From the NCBI GenBank assembly GCA_041390205.1, contig JAWKQJ010000007.1:27777-91776 (forward strand): a stretch of 64,000 nucleotides of DNA. Reading direction: 5' to 3'. The translations under genes and the position numbers were made by a program. Numbering within the stretch: position 1 is the stretch's first letter; every line of letters begins with the position of its first letter. The notes below the pieces were generated by a model that did not search any database, was not told the origin of the DNA, and was given only the letters and a program-made list of their open reading frames with translations. The DNA is from Gemmatimonadales bacterium (GTDB lineage Bacteria > Gemmatimonadota > Gemmatimonadetes > Gemmatimonadales > GWC2-71-9). Below are positions 38,948-48,116 of this stretch, in pieces.

Positions 38948-40057
38948 ATGAAGTTCACGATCACCCGTGAGAAGCTGCACGAAGGACTCGGTGCAGTTAC
39001 CGCAAGCGTCCCCACCAAGACGACGCTGCCGGTGCTCTCCAACATCCTGGTCGAGAGCACCGGTGACGGGATCCGACTCTCCGGCACCGATCTCGACATC
39101 GCCGTCTCGATGGTGGTTCCCGCGCAGGTCGATCAGGAAGGCGCGACCACCTTACCGGCCCGGAAGCTCGCCGAGATCGTCCGGGAGCTGCCCAGCTCGG
39201 CCATTCGGTTTGCCAGCTCCGGTGAGCAGCGGGTTCAAATCGAGTGTGGTCGCTCGCGCTTCAAGTTGCTCGGCTTGTCGCGTGACGAGTTCCCCGCGTT
39301 TCCGGCGGTCCAGTTCGACGGTGGCTGGACCGTCGCCGCGAAGGACCTGCAGAAGCTGATCGGCCACGTGGCTTTCGCGGCGAGCACCGAGGAGAGCCGG
39401 CCGATCCTGAACGGCGTGCTGTGGGAGCTCCGTCCGGATCGGATGCGGATGGTCGCGACCAACGGTCACCGGCTGGCGCGCATGGACGTTCCGGTGAAGG
39501 GCGCTGGGGGCCAGGCCGACCTGATCGTGCCCCCCAAGGCGCTCGAGCAGATCCGCCGGCTCTTCCGGCCCGAGGACGAGATCGAGATCGCCAGGAGCGA
39601 CAACCACCTGGGGTTCCGAGCCGCGGGCACCCAGGTGTTCACCAGGCTGATCGAGGGGCCCTACCCCAACTACGAGCAGGTGATCCCGCGGGAGAACGAC
39701 AAGATCGTCACGGTCGACCGGGGCGCGTTCACCGCGGCGATCCGCCGGATGAGCATCGTCGCCAGCGACCAGACCCACCGGATCCGGCTCGCCTTCACCA
39801 GCGGTTCCTGCAAGCTCTCCGTCACGACCCCCGACCTCGGCGATGCCCAGGAGGAGATGACGGTCTCCTACGACGGCGATCCCCTCGAGATCGGCTTCAA
39901 CGCTTCCTATCTGCTCGAAGTGCTGAAGTTCATGCCGACGGACGAAGTGCGGATGACCTTCAAGGCGCCGGAGCGCGCCACGACCTGCGAGCCGGTCGGC
40001 TGGGACGACCCGGCGAGCTATCTGTCGCTGGTGATGCCGCTTCGTCTGCTGGACTGA
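38948..40057 (+). CDS. dnaN: DNA polymerase III beta sliding clamp, copy 2 (canonical YPNYEQVIP)
   Basis: 369 aa, colinear with copy 1 with no indels and 39 substitutions by manual alignment. Confidence 0.9.
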   Translation: MKFTITREKLHEGLGAVTASVPTKTTLPVLSNILVESTGDGIRLSGTDLDIAVSMVVPAQVDQEGATTLPARKLAEIVRELPSSAIRFASSGEQRVQIECGRSRFKLLGLSRDEFPAFPAVQFDGGWTVAAKDLQKLIGHVAFAASTEESRPILNGVLWELRPDRMRMVATNGHRLARMDVPVKGAGGQADLIVPPKALEQIRRLFRPEDEIEIARSDNHLGFRAAGTQVFTRLIEGPYPNYEQVIPRENDKIVTVDRGAFTAAIRRMSIVASDQTHRIRLAFTSGSCKLSVTTPDLGDAQEEMTVSYDGDPLEIGFNASYLLEVLKFMPTDEVRMTFKAPERATTCEPVGWDDPASYLSLVMPLRLLD

Positions 40058-40063
40058 GGACGG

Positions 40064-40100
40064 GGCTCGGCTCGATTACTCGGTGAGGCCGAGCCGAGCC
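40064..40100. terminator. 11-bp inverted repeat between convergent dnaN-2 and mtgA
   Basis: ggctcggctcg 40064-40074 pairs with cgagccgagcc 40090-40100. 15-nt loop, no clear U-tract. It overlaps the mtgA 3' end. Confidence 0.3.
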
Positions 40101-40990
40101 GCCGCGATCGATCCTTCCTGCGACATTCGCTTCAGAATCAGCTGCTGCCGCCATCGGATTCGCCCCGAGCGGTAGCCCGGGTTGGCCGTGAGCGGTGCCG
40201 GCAGCGTCGCCGCCAGAGCCGCCGACTGGTCTCGCGAGAGCCGCTCGGCGGGGCGGCGATAGTAGGTCTGGCTCGCCGCCTCGACACCCCAGACCTCGGG
40301 ACCCAGCTCGACCACGTTGACGTAGAGCTCGAGGATCCGCCGCTTGCCCAGCGCCCACTCGAGACGGTACGCGGTGACCGCCTCCTTGAGCTTTCGGAAC
40401 GGGTTCCTGGACGGTGAGAGATAGAGGTTCTTGGCGAGCTGCTGGGTGATCGTGCTCGCCCCCCGGATCTCCCGCCGATTGCTCCACGCGTCCTGCAGCG
40501 CGCGCCAGAGCTCGGCCCGGTCGCGCTCGTCTCCGATGGCGAAGTCCGCCCGGCGATATCCCAGCGCCTCGCGCACCGCCTGGTAGTCGATCCCGCCATG
40601 CTCGAAGAACCGGTGGTCCTCCGCGACGAGGACCGCCGCGAAGACGTCCGGGTCGATCCGCTCGGCACGAACCGGCTGATACCGGCGCTCGAGCGGGGCC
40701 CCGTCCTGACTTTCCCGGCGCCGCTGGGGGTGGCTCGCGAGCTGGCTGGCCTGGCGATCCCGCAACGCCATGAACGCGGTTTCGCCGGGCCAGGCCCACC
40801 GGTACCAGATCGGTGGGGGCCAGACGGCAAAGAGCCATAGCAGGCCGAGGCCGAATCCAACCAGCGTGAGACGGCGGAACCACCAGAATACCGACCGACT
40901 CTTGGTGGTAGCCTGTGCTGCTACCTCACCGGGCGACTGCGGAGGCGCTTGGCCCGACGGCCGCTCCTGCGGGTCGGGCCTGTCGGTCAC
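40076..40990 (-). CDS. mtgA: Monofunctional peptidoglycan glycosyltransferase (GT51)
   Basis: VAEDHRFFEHGGID, GASTITQQLAKNLYLS, RKLKEAVTAYRLE, ILELYVNVVELG. Confidence 0.85.
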   Translation of the reverse strand: MTDRPDPQERPSGQAPPQSPGEVAAQATTKSRSVFWWFRRLTLVGFGLGLLWLFAVWPPPIWYRWAWPGETAFMALRDRQASQLASHPQRRRESQDGAPLERRYQPVRAERIDPDVFAAVLVAEDHRFFEHGGIDYQAVREALGYRRADFAIGDERDRAELWRALQDAWSNRREIRGASTITQQLAKNLYLSPSRNPFRKLKEAVTAYRLEWALGKRRILELYVNVVELGPEVWGVEAASQTYYRRPAERLSRDQSAALAATLPAPLTANPGYRSGRIRWRQQLILKRMSQEGSIAAARLGLTE

Positions 40991-41772
40991 TCAACCACCG
41001 AGATCTTTGTCTCACGCGTGATCTTGACCGGAATCGGCGCTGGCAGGGCCGGGGCGCTGATCGTCGCGTCGGCCTTGCCGGACGTGCTCCCGCCCAGATA
41101 GCGGCCGCCGGACGAGACGAAGAAGGTCCGGGTCGCGGTCTCCTCGGTGGAGATGTCCATCGCGCCGAGTCCGGGGTTCTGGATGGTTCCAGTGCCCTTG
41201 CTCGTCACGGTGGCGTCGATCCGCTGGGCGCTCCCGCCGCCGAACTGCTCCTTGCCACCGGCGGTGTAGGCGGTGACGACCACCGAACTCATCTCCTGGG
41301 AGGAGGTCTTGCTCTGCACCGCGGTGGTGTCGACCCACTGCGCGCCGCTCTGGAGAGCGGCCCGGATTCGCGGGTGGAAGGTGAGGATGCTGGTCTTGAG
41401 CTGCCCTACCAGGTCCGATTGCTCGTCGGAGACTCCGCTCACGGTGGCTTGCCCGTCCTTGGACAGGAATCCGTGGAGCCAGGCGCCCTTGGCGCTGTCG
41501 AGCACGGCCCGGGGCGGAGTGCCCACGCCGGAGGCGTCGACCGAGTCGATCACCACGTGCATCGCCTTGCCGCCGGCCGAGTCGGTCAGCGTAACCGTGA
41601 ACAGCACCGTCTGATTGACCGTGTTGCGCTGCTCGGCCTGACCCACGACCGAGAGATCGACGACCTGCTCGATCGACGCATCCATCCGGTACTTCGTGAC
41701 CATTGGCGCCGAGCTGACGGCAGCGGAGACGGCGGCACCCAAGCCCAGAACCAGCAACCCGCGAATCAACAT
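40987..41772 (-). CDS. Hypothetical secreted protein
   Basis: Signal-peptide-like start MLIRGLLVLGLGAAVSAAVS. Ser/Thr/Gly-rich beta-type composition. 4-nt overlap with mtgA. No family recognised. Confidence 0.55.
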   Translation of the reverse strand: MLIRGLLVLGLGAAVSAAVSSAPMVTKYRMDASIEQVVDLSVVGQAEQRNTVNQTVLFTVTLTDSAGGKAMHVVIDSVDASGVGTPPRAVLDSAKGAWLHGFLSKDGQATVSGVSDEQSDLVGQLKTSILTFHPRIRAALQSGAQWVDTTAVQSKTSSQEMSSVVVTAYTAGGKEQFGGGSAQRIDATVTSKGTGTIQNPGLGAMDISTEETATRTFFVSSGGRYLGGSTSGKADATISAPALPAPIPVKITRETKISVVE

Positions 41773-41830
41773 GATCGACCTCGTCGTTGGACATCCTACG
41801 GAGGGGCCGCTCTGGCTCCTCCCCCTGGCA

Positions 41831-41871
41831 GCAAAACCCCCCTCGCCGCCGATGGGAAGCGAAAAGGGGGG
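41831..41871 (-). terminator. Hairpin plus T-tract at the 3' end of rnpB
   Basis: On the minus strand: CCCCCC (41871-41866) ... GGGGGG (41842-41837), followed by TTTTG. Confidence 0.4.
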
Positions 41872-42258
41872 TGGGGTCGGGCCGTAAGCCGAGTTCTGTT
41901 CGGCCGGAAACCGGCCGGTTGGTCATCTCTCTGGGAGGGTCGTTGCCGGCCCCCTCGTGCAGCCTACCCGCGGCTCGTCCCGAAGGACCTGGCGGTGTGG
42001 GTCACACCTCGCCGCCTATTCGGCCTTGCTCCGACTGGGGGTTGCCATGCCGTCGGTGTCGCCACCGACGCGGTGGGCTCTTACCCCACCTTTTCACCCT
42101 TACCCTGCCGGCCTAAGCCGACCGTGGCGGTTCGTTTTCTGTGGCCCTAATCCGTCGCCTTTCGGCGCCCAGGCGTTACCTGGCAGTCTACCCGTTGGAG
42201 CTCGGACTTTCCTCGAGCGCCGAAGGCGCCCGCGACCAAACCCGCCCAACCCCACTCG
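41869..42258 (-). ncRNA. rnpB: RNase P RNA, bacterial type A
   Basis: The minus strand contains GAGGAAAGTCCGAGCTCC (42214-42197) and ACAGAACTCGGCTTAC (41899-41884), the universally conserved P4 strands. P1 pairing is GTGGGGTTGGGC (42255-42244) with GCCCGACCCCAC (41882-41871). Ends are approximate. Confidence 0.9.
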
Positions 42259-42293
42259 GAAGCTAATCCGCCGCCCTGAGGGGCGAAACGGCC

Positions 42294-45200
42294 CTAGCCC
42301 CGGGCCCCCTCGAGCCGGGCGAGGCCGGCTCGGGCCGCCTGGACGATGCCAAGCAGCTCGGCGTCGGCGGTGCCCCACTGCTCCACGACCGCCCGATACT
42401 CGGTCGCCGCGAGCTGTCGCTGGCCCAGCTGCTCCCAGGCGGCCCCCCGCAGCAGCCGAACCCTGGGAAGGGCCGCCCAGCGCACGTCGAACCCTCTGGT
42501 GCCGAACCGATTGGGGTCGAAGTCCCGGAGCACCTCCACGACCTTGGCGTACTCCCCGAGCTCGAAGAGCGCTTCGGCCTGGAGGGGTCTGAGGTCGCCC
42601 CAGCCGTAGGCCGCTTCCTTGCTCGTGGCGGTCGGGACCGAAGCGCTGTCGAGGAGCGAGCGGGCGGCGGCCGAATCGCCTCGGCGGAGCGCCACCAGCC
42701 CCTCGATCGGCTGGGGCAGCGGCCGGCCGGTGATCTGGCGGAGCTCGTGCAGCAGGGTCGTGTCGGCACCGGGCGCCATGAAGACCCCGACGGCGGCGCT
42801 CGCCACCGAGCGGGCCACCGACGCCTTCCGCTCCGCTCGCGCGCTGCGGGCCAGCTCGGCTCCTCGGTTCCAGACCGCCCGGAGCCGCGATGGCGCGGCG
42901 CCGGTGCCGCTGAAGAGCTCGGCCAGCCGGCCGAGCTCCCAGGCTTCGGCCACCGTGGCTCGCTCGATCGAATCGACGGCCTCGGGGAGCAGCAGGTTGA
43001 TCTCGCGGCTCAACCGGATCAGCTCGGTGGCGCCGTCCAGGTCGCCGTAGTAGGCCAGCGCGTTGACGCCGGTCATCACTTCGGATCGGGCCTCGGGGGC
43101 GTAGTCGAGGGTCACGAAGGCGTCGGCGGGCGCGTGCGCGATCGCCTGGCGGACCGTCTGGGCGGCGCCTTGGACGTCGCCGCTCACCAGCTGGGCGCGG
43201 GCGTCGAAGAACCCGAACACCGGCTGCACCGAATCCGGGTACATCGTCCTGAGCTGGGCGACGACCTGCCGGGCCTCGTTGGCGCGGCGGCCGGCCAGCA
43301 GCGCCTTGTAGAGGTGGTAGTGGGCTCGCGGCGTCGCCGGCTGGGCCCGGATCCACCCCTCGGCCGTCTTGACCGCCTCGGCCACCGCGTGGACCCGAGC
43401 CGGGCTGGCCGCGGTCGAGTCGGGCGGTCTGGGCTGGGCCGGAGTCGCTGCCGACCACAGCGTGAACGACCCGAAGCGGACGCGGCGTCGGTGAGCAGCT
43501 GCCCGAGGTGCTCGTACGCCAGCGCGTAGGCGGAGTCCAGCTCGACGACGCGGCGGAAGGAATGGAGCGAGCGGCTCAGCGTCTGCACGTCCCGCCCGGC
43601 GTAGCCGCCGTGGAACGAGGCGTCCGCGAGGCCATACCAGGCCTCGATGTCCGCCGGGTCGCGGGCCACCAGCCGCTCGTACACCGAGAGGCTGCCCGGA
43701 TAGTCGCCCTCGATGAAGGCCAGATAGGCCTGGATCAGACCGCGCTCGCGGTCGGGCAGCCGCTCGGAGGTGAGCGCCGCCCGCCGAATCGCCCGGACGC
43801 CGAGGGTGTCGAACGGGCTCATCCAGCCGCGCGCGACCGCGAGTCGGAAATGGGCCAGCGAAAACGTCGAGTCGATTTCCACCGCGTGCACGAGCGCCTG
43901 GCTCGCGTCCGTCAGGCGCCAGTGATGGAGGTCGTCCACTCCCTGGAGATAGGCGCGGTACGCCTCGACCGATTCCGTGGTGACCGACGCCAGGGACGAG
44001 CGCCCTTCGGACGGCGCGCCGCTCAAGTCGAGGAGCCGAGCGGCGAGCCGGTCGAACAGCTGCCGCACGTCTTCGGATTCCCGGGCCTCCACGCTGATCA
44101 CCTCGAGCCGGCGCCCGGAGGCGACGTCGTAGGTCCGCGCGACGAGATAGAGGGAGTCGTTGGTCCGGCTGAAGTCGCCGAGCACCACGGTCCACGCGCC
44201 GCCCGCCCGCGCCAGCCGCCGAGCCTGCTCGAGACCGATGGCTTCGCCGTCGTCGTGGCGTTCGCCCTCGAGCAGATCGTGCACGCGGTGCTGGTCGACG
44301 ACGCTGAGATCCCGCCATTGGGACAGGGCCAGCGTCAGCATGTTCACGCTGCCGTCGCGCAGCCAGTCGAGGCTGGTGTCCTGACGGAGGTTGTCGAACG
44401 GCAGCACCAGCAGGGAGTGGCGGGGATCGAGCCCCAGGGGCGGCCCCCCCGGATCGGGCCGCTTGACCAGCGCGGTGATCAGCAGGGCCGCTGCGGCCAC
44501 GAGCGCCGCCCCGAGCGCCAGCCGCGAGGGCCGAAGCAATGGCGCCCGCCGCCGCGGCCGGTCTCCCCAGAGCGAGGCGCGGAGCGCCTGGCCGGTGGGC
44601 CAGCGATCGTCCGGCGCCTTCTCGAGGGCTCGCATGATGGTGTCCGATACGGCCGCCGGGACGTCCGGCCGGATGGTCGCGAGGTCGGTCGGCCGGTCGA
44701 GGATCTGCTTCGAGATCACCACCCGGTGCTGGCCCTGGAACGGTGGCGCGCCCGCGAGCATCTCGTAGCCGACCACGCCCAACGCGTAGAGGTCGCTCCG
44801 GCCGTCCACCTCGTCGCCCGAAGCCTGCTCCGGGCTCATGTAGGCGGGGGTGCCCATCACCGCCCCGGGGCCGGTATGCCCGCCGCTCGCCTCGGTGAGC
44901 CGGGCGATGCCGAAGTCGGTCAGGAGGGCGCGCGGCGCCTTGGGATCGCCCTCGAGCAGGATGTTCTCCGGCTTGAGGTCGCGGTGGACCACGCCCGCGG
45001 CGGAGGCGGCGTCGAGCGCGGCCGCGATGTCGCTCAGGATCCGGCGGGTGAGCTCCGGATCGAGCCGCCCGTCCCGGGTCAGGCGCTGGCGGAGCGTCTC
45101 CCCGGGGAGGTAGTCCATCACGTAGTAGAGGTGGCCGTCCACCTCGCCGGCCGCGTGCACTGCCACGATGTTGGGATGCCGGAGCCGGGCGATCGTCCGG

Positions 45201-45403
45201 GCTTCCGCCAGGAAGCGGCTGGCGATGACCCCGGTTGGCGGTGAGTCGCGGTGGACGACTTTGACCGCGACCTGGCCGGTCGAGGGTCTCGTCCTTGGCC
45301 AGAAACACGACCTCATCCCACCACGGCCGAGCTCGCGCTCGATCCGGTACTGAGACCCGAGAGCCTGTTGCAGGTTGAGTTGGGTTTCGTCGGTCACGGT
45401 CAC
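42294..45403 (-). pseudogene. Ser/Thr protein kinase with a TM segment and large extracytoplasmic/TPR-like C-terminal region, frameshifted as assembled
   Basis: Kinase core (HRDLKPENILL, DFGIA, GTPAYMSPE) is in ORF 43184-45403. The C-terminal ~390 aa continue in the frame of ORF 42294-45605 after a shift near 43485. In addition, the segment after the G-loop (expected VVFLAKDETLDRP) is readable only in another frame, between ~45265 and ~45310. Confidence 0.8.
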
Positions 45404-45643
45404 GTGCTACTCGAGCCCGGGGTCTCAAAATATCACGATTTCTCGCTTCGGCCCATTTTCGGGGTCGACCGAGCCCGCGTACGTCCGGCCGTCTCCAATT
45501 GGATGATCGGTTCCGGCGTCGCGTTGCATCGGTCTGCCTATGGGACGCTTCGAGACCCGGGACCGTTTGTCGCTGAGTTGAGGGACGGCTGCAGGATTGA
45601 GACAACCGAGCCCGCCCGGGGCCCTGAACCGGACGCTCGCGTC

Positions 45644-46591
45644 ATGCCCCACCCGTCCTCAACCGAGAGCCGCTCCATGTCCACCTTCGGACTGGTCGAA
45701 AGCAAAGTCACCGTCGCCGCCGTGGTCGGGCCCGTGGAGCGGGCTCGGCTGGATGCGGCCGGCGCGGGGTGCTTCGCCGTGATCCATCGGGCGTCGGTCC
45801 CCGCGGCGGTGCGGACCGTCAGGGAGCGCGCCGTCGATGCGATCGTCCTCTCGGTGCACGAGTGTGCCCGGGAGCCGGCCGACGTGGTCGATCACCTGGT
45901 GCGGAGCTTTCCGGAGATTCCCACCGTCGCGCTGGTGAGCCGGGCCGATCCCGCCGCGTCGGCGACCCTGCTGCGGCTCGGAGCCACCGGGGTCCGTCAC
46001 GTGGTCGACGTCACCGACCCCGGCGGGTGGGTGAGGCTCCGACAGCTCCTGCTCGAGCCGGTCTCCCGGCCGGCGGCCCGGATCCTGGGCCGGCTGGGCG
46101 ACCTCCTCGACCGGGTTCCGCCCGAGACCCGCCTCTTCGTGGAGTTCCTGGTGCGGATGGCCCCGTCGACGCCCAACGTCCGCCTGCTCGCCCGGCAGGC
46201 GCGGGTCGCCTCGAGCACGCTGGTGTCGCGATTCCTGCGCGCCGGGCTGCCGTCGCCCAAGAGCTATCTCGCGGGGATCCGATTGCTCTACGCCGCGCAG
46301 TTCTTCGAGCAGGAAGGACTGACCGTCGCCGACGTCGCCTATCGGCTCGAGTGTTCTTCGCCCCAGAGCTTCGGCCGCCACCTCCGGGCGATGCTCGGCG
46401 TGACCGCCGGCGAGTTCCGGCGGCGCTACAGCTTCGAGAAGGCGGTGGATCGTTTCGTCGCGGTGATGGTCAAGCCGTATCTGGATCGCTGGGCGACCTT
46501 CCACCCGCTGGTCTCCGAGTCGCGCCGGCGCGCGAAGCGCGGGGCGAAGGCCCGAACCCTACGAGAGGAGCTCCCCCACGCGCGCCAGTGA
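45644..46591 (+). CDS. AraC-type HTH regulator with an N-terminal receiver-like (pseudo-receiver) domain
   Basis: C-terminal HTH region (VASSTLVSRFLRAGLPSPKSYL ... VADVAYRLECSSPQSFGRHLRAMLGVTAGEFRR). The N-terminal alpha/beta pattern lacks the acidic pocket and has DAIVLSV instead of the phospho-Asp. The start could be 45677. Confidence 0.65.
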   Translation: MPHPSSTESRSMSTFGLVESKVTVAAVVGPVERARLDAAGAGCFAVIHRASVPAAVRTVRERAVDAIVLSVHECAREPADVVDHLVRSFPEIPTVALVSRADPAASATLLRLGATGVRHVVDVTDPGGWVRLRQLLLEPVSRPAARILGRLGDLLDRVPPETRLFVEFLVRMAPSTPNVRLLARQARVASSTLVSRFLRAGLPSPKSYLAGIRLLYAAQFFEQEGLTVADVAYRLECSSPQSFGRHLRAMLGVTAGEFRRRYSFEKAVDRFVAVMVKPYLDRWATFHPLVSESRRRAKRGAKARTLREELPHARQ

Positions 46592-47101
46592 GCGCACCGG
46601 CAGGCCCTGCTGCTCGATCGCGGCGCGGCCACCCTCGTCGCGGTCGACCACGGCGAGCACCCCGACCACGGTGCCCCCGGCCTCCCGGATCGCCGCCACG
46701 GCTTCGAGAGCCGAGCCACCGGAGGTGATCACGTCCTCGACCACCACGACAGCATCGCCGGCGGCGAAGTTGCCCTCGATCCGTCGACCGGTTCCGTGCT
46801 GCTTGGCGGCCTTCCGGACGCTGAACGCGTCGATCACCGGGGGCGCGTCGAGACTCGCGCGGGCGATCGCGTACGCCACCGGATCGGCCCCCATCGTGAG
46901 GCCGCCGACCCGGGTCGCCTGCCACCCGGCTTCGCGGATTGCCGCGAGGCCCAAGCGCCCGATCAGGTCCTGCCCGGCGGCGGACATGGTGGTCTTGCGC
47001 GCGTCGACGTAGTGGTTGGAGCGGCGACCGGAGGCGAGCACGAAGTCGCCCTTGAGGACCGAGCGCTCGCGAAGCAGCGCGCGCAGGTCGCTCGCGCTCA
47101 C
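46559..47101 (-). CDS. pyrE: Orotate phosphoribosyltransferase
   Basis: GDFVLASGRRSNHYVD, PRPP loop VVVVEDVITSGGS. The GTG at 47101 overlaps the stop of the upstream kinase (GTGA). Confidence 0.9.
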   Translation of the reverse strand: MSASDLRALLRERSVLKGDFVLASGRRSNHYVDARKTTMSAAGQDLIGRLGLAAIREAGWQATRVGGLTMGADPVAYAIARASLDAPPVIDAFSVRKAAKQHGTGRRIEGNFAAGDAVVVVEDVITSGGSALEAVAAIREAGGTVVGVLAVVDRDEGGRAAIEQQGLPVRSLARVGELLS

Positions 47102-47997
47102 TCCCGGATCCGACGGATCAGCGAGGAGAGGAACCCGCCCTTGGGCTGCGGCTCCGCCCGCGCGGCCCGACAGAAGGCGTCGGCGAAATCGCCGACCGTC
47201 TTGTAGCGCTTGGACAGGTCGCGTTCGAGACCCTTCATCACCGCGGCCTCGAGGTCCGGCGAGAACTTGAGCGACTTGTTGGCCTGGTTGAGGGCCATCG
47301 GCGGCTTGGAGAGTAGTTGCTGGAACAACTCTCGCGGGTTCTTGCCAGGATACGGGAGCTGGCCCGTCAGGAGATGGAAGGCGATCGTGGCGAGACTGTA
47401 CACGTCGGCCTGCTCGTTCACGAGCTCGCCGCTCAAGGCCTCCGGCGCCACGTACTGCAGGGTGCCCACGAAGAAGCCCGCGCGGGTCAGCCGCTGGGCG
47501 GGATCGTCGTCCGCGTCCCGGGCGATGCCGAAATCGAGCAGCCGGGCGGTCTTGGTGGCCGGGTCGAACATGATGTTCGCCGGCTTGAGATCGCGGTGGA
47601 TGATTCCGGCGCGATGGGCGGCGCCGAGCGCCGCGCCGAGCTGCTCGACGATCGTGGCGACGAGGTCCGGAGAGAGCGGGCCGGCGGCCGTCAGGAAGCC
47701 TGCGAGCGGCTCGCCCTCCGCCCACTCGAGCGCGAGATAATACACCCCGTCGGCTTCGCCGTACTCGTAGGTCTGCACGATGTTGGGGTGCTTGACCCGC
47801 GAGCCGAACTCCGCCTCGCGCAGAAACCGTTTGACCGCGATCGGGTCCTGGCTCATGCGCGAGCGCAGGATCTTTACCGCCGCCCGGCCACGCTTGTCGT
47901 GGGTAGCGCGATAGACCGTCGCGGTGCCGCCCTCTCCCACGTACGACTGGAGAGAATACCCGGCCACCGTCCGGCCGACGAGGTTATCTTGGCTCAT
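47098..47997 (-). CDS. Ser/Thr protein kinase (soluble, 299 aa)
   Basis: GEGGTATVYRA, AVKIL, HRDLKPANIMF, DFGIA, GTLQYVAPE. Confidence 0.9.
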   Translation of the reverse strand: MSQDNLVGRTVAGYSLQSYVGEGGTATVYRATHDKRGRAAVKILRSRMSQDPIAVKRFLREAEFGSRVKHPNIVQTYEYGEADGVYYLALEWAEGEPLAGFLTAAGPLSPDLVATIVEQLGAALGAAHRAGIIHRDLKPANIMFDPATKTARLLDFGIARDADDDPAQRLTRAGFFVGTLQYVAPEALSGELVNEQADVYSLATIAFHLLTGQLPYPGKNPRELFQQLLSKPPMALNQANKSLKFSPDLEAAVMKGLERDLSKRYKTVGDFADAFCRAARAEPQPKGGFLSSLIRRIRE

Positions 47998-48116
47998 GGA
48001 AGTGGGTGCAAGCTACACCCCGTGTCGGGGGCCAGCAAGATGACGGTGTCGAGGGGAATGGGGAGGTTCGGAGGGCGGATGGGCACTCGGACTCGACGAC
48101 GCGGAGAGGTCATCGG

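Larger units (their letters stand above)
37471..40057 (+). repeat. Diverged direct tandem duplication of the dnaN unit (period 1461 bp)
   Basis: Unit 1 is 37471-38596 and unit 2 is 38932-40057. Homology starts about 16-19 nt upstream of each ATG (16/19 identical) and ends at the stop codons. The 335-bp spacer is unique. Confidence 0.85.

Noticed and set aside
38742-38951. 69-aa ORF inside the dnaN1-dnaN2 spacer.
   Set aside because: The translation is low-complexity and Arg/Pro-rich. It runs across the AT-rich tract and into the dnaN2 start, with no RBS or family signal. I treat the region as non-coding.
37471-40057. The tandem dnaN pair as a trivial assembly duplication.
   Set aside because: I could not dismiss the finding on these grounds. 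The copies differ at ~11% of residues, with many synonymous changes, and are separated by a unique spacer. A repeat-collapse or expansion artefact would not look like this. A join of two strain variants cannot be excluded without reads, so it stays as a finding with that caveat.
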